Below are positions 50,170 through 60,000 of a stretch of DNA of 60,000 bases, one piece after another. The number at the start of each line of letters is the position of its first letter. The first letter of the stretch is position 1. Below the pieces are notes generated by a model. The model worked only from the letters and a program-made list of their open reading frames with translations. It did no database searches and was not told the origin of the DNA. Source of the stretch: Camelus dromedarius. Its lineage: Eukaryota. The stretch is from NCBI RefSeq assembly GCF_036321535.1, contig NC_087436.1, positions 66,466,001 through 66,526,000 on the forward strand, in the 5' to 3' direction. Both the position numbers and the translations under genes were made by a program.

Positions 50170-52400
50170 TATTCAACAGATATTTTAAAGTATACTCTAT
50201 ATACTAGGCACTTTTATAGGGGTTTTAGTAGTAAAACTGATCAAGCATCTCCCCAAAATAACAAATAAGCAGGTAATTATATAATACATCAGAGAGTAAG
50301 AAGTCCTCCAGAGAAAACTGAGGTCAGGAAAGAGTGAAGTGTTACGGCTATTTTATATAGTATGATAAGGAGGTCCCAGATAAGTAACATCTGAGCGGAG
50401 GCCTGAAAGAAATGTGGGAATAATCATGTGGAAATCTAGAGGAAGCATTTTGGGCAAAGAAGCCCTAAAGCTGGAGGCTAAAGTAGCTTGAGAAGAGAAA
50501 GTGAGGGAAAATATCAGGAAAAATAACAAGAGAGAGAGTAGGGGAAGATGATGGAGTTTATTTACATCATTGTAGGAGTAAAGTGATTTTTAGCAGATGA
50601 ATGATATGCTTAGGCATATAGGACGGGTCACCTTAGCTGTTTTGTGCAGCAGCCTATGAAGACAGGACTAGATTCTAGGAAACCAATCAGGAGGCCGTTC
50701 CAGCAATTCCGTTGGGTTATGACACCTTCCTGAAACAAGATGGTATTGACTTATAAACTGAAGCCAGTAAAATTACTGGCTCACTTCCTGTGGGGCATTG
50801 TGAATAGAGACAAAAATTTAAGAAAATTTCTGTGAAGGGAGGCGTGGTATGAATGGAGCAATAGTTGGAGTTAGGAAGTTTTTTCTTTTCTTTCTTAAAA
50901 CAGGATATATTAAAGACTACTTGTATGTTCCTGGGGATAATTCCAGTAGAGAAGGGGAAGAAATAACAATTCACTGACAGAGATGGCAGATGATGGTACA
51001 ATATCCTCCTGGAGGGAAGATGAGAAAGAATGTAGGGCAGGAGTGAAAGACTGATTTTATACAGGAACAAGGGCAATCTATCCACTATAGTGAAAGTGAA
51101 GTATGTGGATTCAGAGACAATAGGATGGTAGTTTTAATACGTTTATGAATTTTTTTTAACAGTTTCCTTTTTCTGGAAGAAATAAGAAGCAACATCATTA
51201 GCTGAGAGTAAATGATAGATGTTGTGTTGAAAGTGTGATAAGAGGAAAGTATGAAATAGTCATGCAGAGAGAAGGAAATTTAACAACCAGGGAAATGGGG
51301 TCAAATGGTTAGGCAGTACTAACATTCTACTTATTACTGATTATGATTAAAGAGACAAGAGTTGGCATCATTGTGAGTATTTCTCCAGTGATATTTAGCT
51401 TTAGAGTTCAAGAGAAAAGCACTTAGAAACAATTTTGGCCAGTCTGAGATTTATCTGGTAAGTATGAGTGGAGAGATGAAACAGAGATAAAATTATCTGC
51501 AAGAAAGCAATTATTCTAATGGGTCATGGAATTTAAAGCCAAGTAAACATGAATGTGAACACAAGGGAGTGAAGGACATTAAAATGTTGTTAGGTCATTG
51601 GAAAGAAGGTCCCAGTAGAGTCAAAGAAAAGTTGAAGTTGAAATCCAAGGAGAGAAGTAGGAAAACAGCAGGGGTGTTTCAAGAATGAAATGCTTGCAAA
51701 TGAGATTACGAAGAAAGTACAGCTATTTTTAACGACAAGGTTATGGTCTATGTGGAAATTGAAATTATTAATAATTATGACAGGAATATCATTGGAGAGA
51801 GTGAGCGTAAACTAGGTTTTGAAATAGTCAAAGACAGAGACAAAGTGCCTTTGGGAGACTGTGGGTATTGCTATAAGGAGCAGCAGTGGAAAATATAATC
51901 CCATGGCCTGTACTTTAAGGCTGGCATTTCCATTGACAAGAGAGGGCAAACATTCTAGAAGCAACAGTGATGCCTAGTGTAGACTGTCTCATCATCTCCA
52001 GACTCAGTGACATGAAGAATGTGGAATAGCAGTCATATTTGAAAGGACAAAAGAGAAATTAGAATCTCCAAGAGATTCAGTTAGAGCAAAAAAATAGAAG
52101 CAGAAAGGAATGTTTCAAAGGAAACTGGATATGTAGGGAATTTTATTTATAGCAGGTTGTGAATTCCAGATGGAGTAGAAGGTTTTGTGGACTTAGGTGT
52201 GAGTGGGAGATGGGGTTAGATTAGACATATCAGAGTTTGTTGGAGCTGCCAGACTAGCTGATGTGGGTTGACCGGGCAGATGGTTTAAGTATTCTTGCGA
52301 ACACTAGTGGAAAGAAAAATGTAGGGTGTGATGAATTTATCCTGCAGGTCTCTGGGGAAAATTGTGATGCTGAGGCTGTTAGTATTAGGGATAATGAACC
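50170..52400 (-). mobile_element. Long (~2.2 kb) degraded L2 element
   Basis: Begins attcaacagatattt...ctaggcac (reverse L2 3' end). G/A-rich body with gtaacatctgagcggaggcctgaa and ggaaaccaatcaggaggccgttccagcaattc. Confidence 0.65.
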
Positions 52401-54517
52401 AATAGGAAGCTTTCCAGCATCCTAGAGCACCCTGAGCCTTCTTTTTCACTCTTGCCCAATATCAGTATTTATATTTCTTGTTGGATTCCCTGTTGTTTTG
52501 CATACTCTGACCTGTTCTGTTAAGCTAAACAACTCTTTGAAGATAGAATCTAGTCTTAGTTTCATTGTTAAAATATATCCTCTCTACACTAACTCGGTGT
52601 GCTAAGGACATAATAACTTGGTAGATGCAAGCTTATGACACGATGGACTATTTCAGGGGCAATATGTTTTCTTTATCTTAAAATAAAAATGCTTTGGAGC
52701 TTATATGTACACTTTACCAAGTGGACAATTGATGACATACCTAAACTGGAAACCAAGTTATCATATAATTACCAGAGGAGCCACATCATTTTGGACACAC
52801 TATGTTGGTATAAGAACAACATAATTTTCCTAAAGTGAAAAATTAAGTCTAAGGTGTTATGCCTAGATGAAATACCAGAAATCTCTTCCAGGAATGACCT
52901 AGCTTCTGGATGATAGAGAAAATAAGCAAAGAAAACATTTTATTTTAACCCAGTGTGAGGACAATCCTCCCATTTCAAAAGAAAAGACTTTCAGCGCCTA
53001 CATTCATGCCTTAGAGCATCACACATCTACAACCTTTCCCTAAACAGAGATGAGAAAGTTACAGAAGAGCCACATTGTAATTCTTTGGAAGGTGAAGTGC
53101 AGGACTTCAGTCTTATCTTTAGGGAACCACGAAAAGGGAGGAGAGAAAAGAGAAATAGGTGCCTATATATAATTAAAGCACGAGTGACAGCAACCAATTG
53201 ATTTTCAAGTCCATTAACACTTATGCCAATAAAGACTAGAACAAATGTCTGTTAACTCAGCATTGCCCATAATCCATCTGGCTGTGAAACTTCTTTGTCA
53301 CTTAATGTAGTTTGAAGGATGTCCACAAAATGATGGAGGAGAGTACCCTTCCATATAAGTCAAATATTGATCACTTTATAATATTTATTAGATGCAACTA
53401 CTTCTTTCATTTGAAATATGAACATATGGCAAGAAAACCCAAAGGAAAATAATTGGAAGGGCACTATCTACATGACCATATTTCAATTATTGCTCATTTT
53501 TCCCCATCTCTTTTAAACAATGTCCCCAGCTGGGGTACCAGCTAGCAGCCTTATGGCATTGTTAACTTCTCTTCTAATTGACCTCTAATTGCTAACTTCC
53601 CTTCCAATTGACCTCTGTCCATAGGATCTTATTGATAATGAAGTTATAGTTTTGTAGAATGTAAAAGTGTTTGTGTTTCTAGTGTTTTTACCCATGGTAA
53701 ACAAACACATCTCTGTAAATTATTCTAAATCAATTGAACTTTCCACTTGCAAGTAAAGGTAGAAAAGGTTAAGCTCTTTTAAATGAGACAATTGACATTT
53801 TCTTGCTGGATAAAGGGGCTATTAAAGGTTAAAATTAATTTCCCTAAACAGTGGAGTAACTATAAACAATATCAGATGTTTTACTTGGAAAATTGTGACA
53901 TTTCAATAAACATCTTCTCTTTCCTATTAATAGAGGGGGCAGTTGGAGAGAGAATCATTAATAGCATTTTTGGAGAGCTAAAAAAAAAAAGGCATTTTAA
54001 ACTTCATGAAACTAAATAATCAAAAATACTCAAAGTCCTTTGTAATATTTATTTCAAATTTAGGATAATCATAGCTATATCAGGTATTAATCTTGTAAAG
54101 ATAAATTTCAGGTGGCAAGATTTAATATACATACAAGTTTATGTAAAAATAAGTCTTGTTAAAATTAGCTTCTCTGAATAGAAAAAAATGCATTTATCTA
54201 ATTGGTGAAATTAGTGATTTGAATTGGTATGAGTCTTCATTAAAGAAATGTAAAATGTATCTTTCAGGTAATTAGTAATCTAAGCTTCTAATTAATTATT
54301 ATGTAATAAAAGTTTTAATCAGTAGTTAAGAAAAGTTGTGATGATTGCAGCTATTGCCTTTGTAAATAGATGACTCTAAAATGCTTGCAATTTCCAGCTG
54401 TTTTTAATTCCAGCCCTACTCTTACAAAGTTTGAAGTATACATTTTTTAGCCAACTCTATTACTCAAGATTTTCTTTAAAAATACATTCTCAAGCAAGGG
54501 AAGTAAGCTAGACTAAC

Positions 54518-54974
54518 TTTCCTTGTTTCACGACTCTTGGACTCCCATTGCTATTGTTAATGTAACGTGTCCAAAAATATGCCCTTTTACATTCTATGCT
54601 GTCTTTCTCTGCTCCCCTCTCCTGTTTTTTTCTGGACATTCTCTTTCCTTTGTCTCTTGTGTTTCTATGTAGTTAAATATAGATTCTATTCAGCAGATCT
54701 TCCTCAGAACAGGACTTTGTCTTGAAAGAAGGCTTCAGTGAATTTTTAAGTATTCGGAGGGCCAATTCTGGAGTTTTCCTGCATCTGCCATTTCTGCAGT
54801 TTTCTTGCACTCATGCAATCGCAGCCTGAAGAACACTGCAACTCATTTTCAGGTTTTCTGGATTTTTTTTTCCCAAATGGAGAATCTTTCGATTTGTGAC
54901 TTAGTGCCTTTTGAAACTTGATTTTTGGTTCTCCAGCTCTCAGGCTCATCAGAACTCTGCCCATCCTCTGCTTC
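54518..54974 (-). other. Decayed coding-like segment, possibly a large exon
   Basis: Purine-rich minus strand with about 110 codons and 2 stops (TPELALRILKNSLKPSFKTKSCSEEDLLNRIYI*...KRAYFWTRYINNSNGSPRVVKQG), ending at donor-like AAA|gttagt. Confidence 0.3.
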
Positions 54975-55117
54975 CTTTTACACAGTTGGCAAAGACCACA
55001 AGGCTTTTTCCCAGTGTTAGTAAACATGTCTACTCATAGTTAGGACACTTTATCATTTAGTTTTGCTGTGGAGGTGTTTTTTTCATCATTTTCTTTTTTC
55101 CAGTCTACTTGCTACAT

Positions 55118-55738
55118 GTGACAGATTAATATTTTTCAAAAATGTTCACAACAATACCATCTTATATAGACTTCCAGAACCTTGTCATTTACCATCAAAA
55201 GCTAGAGTCTAGTATTCCCTTTCCTCTCTTCATCTTCACTGAGACATGTGACTGTCTTAAGATGTGATCTAAGTGATGCTGTGTGACTTCCAAGTCAAGA
55301 GTCAAGATCATAAAAGTCAATGTGAGTTCTTCCTTGCTCACATTTTCTCTCTGTCAATATCTGTCTCTGTCCCCATGCCTCTCTGTCTCTCCATTGTTTG
55401 TCCTTGGAAGATAGCCAGCATGTTCTGGGCAATCCCACACCCGAGAGCACATGTGAGGGCATTTGCAGGCATTACGACTGCCACCCCCAGGTAAGTCTCA
55501 GCTGACAGCCAACAGCAACTGCTAAATATGCAAATGAAGTGAGGAAACTTTTAGATAATTCCAGCTCCCAGTGTTTGAGCTGCCCAGCTGATAATGAGTA
55601 GAGTAGAAGTGAGTTTTTATTGCCAATTCCTGCCCAAATTGCAGATTCATGAGAAAAAAAAAAATATATATATATATATATGTTTTAAGCCACTAAGTCC
55701 TAGGGAGTTTTGTTATATAGCACTCAATAACTGAAATA
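55118..55738 (+). mobile_element. MLT1 (G/H-like) solo LTR
   Basis: tgtgacagatt...aagtgatgctgtgtgacttcca...cagctgacagccaacagcaactgc...cctgcccaaattgcagattcatgag...ttttaagccactaagt...ataactgaaata. Confidence 0.85.
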
Positions 55739-57264
55739 CTTTTTTATTGTAGGTGGTGGATTTAAGGAGATTAAAAATTACCCAGGGAAATTCAGAAGTG
55801 CTTAATGGTAATGTAATCCAATTTACAGACCTCATTTAGTAGTACTTTTTGTGTTTTGTTTAATTTTCATGCAGTCTGGTTGGTGATCGAAAGGCCATTT
55901 CATTTGGTTATGAAGTTTGTGAAGTTTATTAGTTTAAATGGAAGCACGGTACAAAACATCAAATACACAGATATCTATTTTAAACTGTTAAAATAAGAAG
56001 GCACACAGTAGCAAAACTTGCAGGATTAGGTAATGTGATATTCTCGGAGATATATGATTGTATCACTAGTATGTATTAAAGTTTTATTACATTCAACTCA
56101 AAGTTTTGATCAAACTATTTAGAAATTCAGATTTAAAACATGGTATAAACTGTTATCTAATGGAATTGTTTGCAAGATTTCACATGTAAATTGGACCAGG
56201 TCTGGCTGGGAATATAAAAAGAAGACATTTTAATACTAGTATTTCCATTTTGGCAATAATATAGCAAAAAAGAAAGAGGTTTTTGTAAAATGCATGTGTT
56301 AAGAGTGAAATATATTTGATACGAGACTATTGAAATTTATATTATTTCTATATTTAAAAGTTCAAGTTTTAAGAAACATATTCTGGGAAATTAGAAAAGC
56401 ATTTCAATTGGAAATGAATATAATAAAGGATAACATGGTTTGTAATTTGAATAAAAATGCTGCTTTTTTCTAGGTTGTTTGAAGTAGACCAAGTAGAATA
56501 CATTTTTTTCATTAGTTTTGCATGCATTCTAATTTTCTGTTTTGTTATATAGAAAAATTCATTGAAAGAAAATAATGGAGAAATATTAAGAATTAGGTAT
56601 CTATGTCACGTCAAAATGTCTTTTTACTATTACTTTAATGCTTTAACAAAGAAAAAATGTAATTGAATGTGAGAGGAGGAGAGAAGAAAGGCAGAGACAG
56701 AAAAAAAGAGAGAAAGACTAAAAGACAAAAAAAGGAATCTATTTTAAACAGACCAAACAAATGTAAATGGTATTACAGAAACGAAAGAAAGAAATCACTT
56801 TCTGTTGAAAAGAAAAATTATCTTAGATCTAAAGAAAAAAAGTTTTATGAGGAAAATATGAAAATATGTGAGGACAGAATAAGCATTAAGAAACCAAAAA
56901 GTTAAATAAAGCCTAGCTCTGGCTAAGAGAGCCGTGAGGATAAAGATCTTGTGAGTGACTATGGAGCTTATAAAGTCATCGTGTGGTTTTAACTGTGGAT
57001 AAACTGCTCCAAGTGATTTTAAAGATTTTCCTTCCTGCATATTGTGTATATTTTTTATGAAGAATTAGAAGGGATTGTGAATATTGTTTTCAGGTCCATG
57101 TGGGACTGACAGAAATTTGAAGAAATCTAAACCCATCTTTGAACTGGCCATATTCTATGTTACAGCAACTTTCAAAAAGAGCAGTTTCCAAATATCAAAC
57201 ACCAGAAAGTAAAATCCAGTGAAAATTGTAGGTTGAAACTTTAAATATATTTTAATTTACCATT

Positions 57265-57630
57265 TGTCTTAGCCTCAGTCCTCTATAAAAGAGAGTCAGA
57301 TTCAAAGGCTTACATGTGGATGCTTCTTTGCAGTGCAATGCCAAAGAAATAGGAAAAAGAGTAAAAGGGATGTGAGGCAAAGAAAGAGGAGGAAAAAATA
57401 GAAGGAAGTACATTAGTGAACTGGCCACAGCTTCTTATCAAATGCAGTTGATTATTCAATCACTGTATTCTGAAAAGCTGTAGAGTTTATTGTTGGAAGG
57501 AGGAAGAAGAAATGATCAGTTGGCTCCCTCCCACCCCCTACTTACTACTGGTCAAAAACCACCCCAGGGGGCATAGTTGCCCACATTTCTGTGTTCTATT
57601 GCTAGGATAGTGCATAGGTACAGGAGATAA
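57265..57630 (-). mobile_element. Old ERVL-type LTR relic (LTR16-like)
   Basis: tgtcttagcctcagtcc...agattcaaaggcttacatgtgg...ggctccctccc...ctggtcaaaa. Confidence 0.45.
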
Positions 57631-57776
57631 TCTCTCCTCTTCAGTTGGTACCACATTCAGGGCTCCTTGATCTGTGGTAACTTGGTACCAAAAACACGGA
57701 ACAGCATTAGCTGTTCTTAGGATGACAATTAACGTTGATTCAACATCCTTATCTTACCAACTGAAATAAGTTTGGT

Positions 57777-57783
57777 CACACAG

Positions 57784-57828
<45 letters not shown>
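57777..57828. repeat. (CA)n microsatellite
   Basis: Directly visible. Confidence 0.95.
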
Positions 57829-58529
57829 TGAAATTAAAAACATAAGATAAAATAAAATAAGGGAGCATCTGTTAATGAAATTAAATGCTTTATCTAGTTC
57901 CTTTACTTAAAGGAGTACCTTTCAAATCTATTTTCAGCTTTCTCAGAATTCTCGCATTCTTATCTCCCAAATAAGTTTATCATGAGTATTTTTACAGAAA
58001 TGCCCATTTCATTACAAAAATAATCTATGGACAAAACTTAAAATTCATAATTATCATCTTCTGCAGCAAAAAATAAAATTAAAATAGGTTTGGCATGGGA
58101 CAACCATCACTTTCTGCTTCCTTGTGATGTCAGATTTTTTCTCCTTGAGAATATCAGGTAGGCACTTTAACACTTCGTGATCAGTAAAATGGGTTTTCAG
58201 TGTATTATTTGCAGTTCTCACGTCATTTTTTAAAGTTGATAATTCTTGCTTTCCCCATACATATTAAAATGTTTTAAAATTCATTATTTGTAAAGCCAAA
58301 TTTTTATTTTCTGAATAAAAAAACCTAAGATCAGTTATTGGTTGTAATGAATATTCTCACAATAGTCATAATGCCATTTGTGACATTTAACTAAATAAAA
58401 TAGGAACTATAGACCCTTAAAGCTAATTCTATCCAAATATATGTAAAGTTTTTTTTTCATTTTTTTGAGTCTGTGACATATTCTCTCACAGAAACAATGT
58501 ATTAATGATCATCAGTCTGCAAATTAGCT

Positions 58530-59150
58530 CACTAAAGTCTAAAGAAGTCTTAAACAGAGATGTATAGTATGTTCACAGGTCAGAGAAATTCAATATTGTT
58601 GAGTTGTCAGTTCTTCCCAAACTGATCTATGGATTCGAAGCAAACTCAATAAAAATCCAACAACATTATGTTGTACAGATGAACGAGCTCATTCTAAAAT
58701 GATATCTACTAGCCAAAGATATTTTGAATGGTAGAACAATTTGAATGACAGATTACAAGGCTCACAATAATACCACAGTAATCATGTCAATAAGGATAGA
58801 AAAATAGATTGTGCAGACATATAGAACCAAATAGGAGGTCCAGAAATAGATCCACTCTTATCTGCTCGATTGGTCTTTAAGAAAAGTACCAAAGTAATTC
58901 AATGGGGAAAAGACAGTTTTCTCAACATTGTTCTTCCTAGAACAGTGTAAATCCATTTGAAAGAAATGTATCTTCTTCACACTATAAAAAATATTACCCA
59001 AAATAGATCATAGATCTAAATATAATAGCTAAAACTAAAAAAAAAAACTAGGAGAAAACATAGGAAGAACGTTTATGACTTTGTGTTAAACAAATATTTC
59101 TTAAATATTACACAATAATTTGAACAAAAAATTGATTAGTTATGTATTTA
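58530..59150 (+). mobile_element. Old L1 ORF2 fragment
   Basis: caatattgttgagttgtcagttcttcccaaactgatctatggattc...ccagaaatagatccac...aattcaatggggaaaagacagttttctcaaca...ctaggagaaaacatagga. Confidence 0.8.
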
Positions 59151-59251
59151 TCCTAATTAATTTTGGAAAGTGACATGGTTTTTCATTTATGATAGTTATA
59201 AATTTTCCTTGTTTAAATGAAATCAGAGGAATCAGGCTGCAAGCTACAATT

Positions 59252-59878
59252 CTGTGTGCTATTATCCATGTAATTACCATGGTCAGTTATAAAAGCTCTA
59301 CCTGGCAGGCCTCACTGGAGAAAGCTACCCTCCCTACAATAAATGTGATGCACAGCCAGGACATTGCAGTCTCTGAAGAGAGCTGCAGTCAGAGGTTCAC
59401 TCAGCTCCCCATTCCCTGGCTAGCCATACTCTTAATGCCATTGGGATTCCTAATGCAGACACCTCCATTTGAGGCCCGGTTCTTGGGGACCCTGGGTCAA
59501 GGCTTCTGGGGACTTATGGAAAGTCTACAGAGACAGCATTCCCCACGACTTAGTACTTTTCCACTCCTGATTTTTTTCTTCCTCTCCCTATTCCTGGTCC
59601 CTGGGTCCAAAAACATCAGAAGTCTTCTGTTCTGGTCTTAGTGCACAGTGAGAACCCCTCCAGCCCTATCATCTGCCATTAGGCGGGCTGCACAGAACAC
59701 TGAGGATGTTGACTCATTTCTGGCCTTTTGGTTACAAGATTGTAGCAAGTGAATAAAGGCCTTCAGTTGGCTTGTTGCCCTAACTGACCATCTGCCAGCT
59801 CAGCTCACTCCTGCATTTCCTCTCTCTTTTTTCTCTCTCTTCATCCTCTCTTCTCCCTCTTTGTCTCAGCTCTTGACA
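59252..59878 (+). mobile_element. ERVL-type solo LTR, family uncertain
   Basis: GC-richer block from tgtgtgct to cttgaca with AATAAA at about 59752 followed by a pyrimidine-rich U5-like tail. Confidence 0.55.
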
Positions 59879-60000
59879 AAATCTAAGTTAATATAATTTA
59901 AAAATAAATAAGTACATTACAGGATATCTGCAGATACATAAATATCATAGATGTATGAATCAAATGGTTGAATTTGGGAACAATATTTTAACTTTTTTTT

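Noticed and set aside
56663..56905. 80-aa Lys/Arg-rich ORF
   Set aside because: Product of low-complexity A/G-rich sequence with a non-ATG start.
59189..59641. 150-aa ORF
   Set aside because: Lies mostly in an LTR relic and has no recognisable protein features.
1..60000. CRISPR arrays, rRNA/tRNA genes, prokaryotic operons
   Set aside because: The sequence is mammalian, and I saw no repeat-spacer array or structured RNA gene.

Overview
AT-rich mammalian genomic DNA with no intact protein-coding gene visible. The L1 3' ends are artiodactyl-like and I recognise no Alu, B1, CAN, Bov or PRE SINEs, so it is probably a camelid or other cetartiodactyl (inference). The window is mostly interspersed repeats: L1, L2, MIR, MaLR/ERV LTRs, a MER91-like DNA transposon and microsatellites. 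The largest element is a full-length but inactivated ~7.1 kb LINE-1 on the minus strand (25016-32100, 8-bp TSD), inserted into an older LTR relic and carrying a ~31-bp internal inversion in ORF2. Three signals are not explained by these repeats. (1) A ~660-bp non-repeat insert (about 22185-22850) inside an ancient L1/HAL1 fragment keeps a 226-codon frame with only 4 stops and has a short motif resembling bornavirus L; it is a candidate non-retroviral endogenous viral element. (2) A chain of phase-compatible, splice-site-bounded, stop-interrupted exon-like segments on the minus strand may be a decayed unitary pseudogene. (3) A short L1 insertion carries an apparent 22-bp 3' transduction. Repeat subfamily names are from pattern recognition only, and old-repeat boundaries are approximate.
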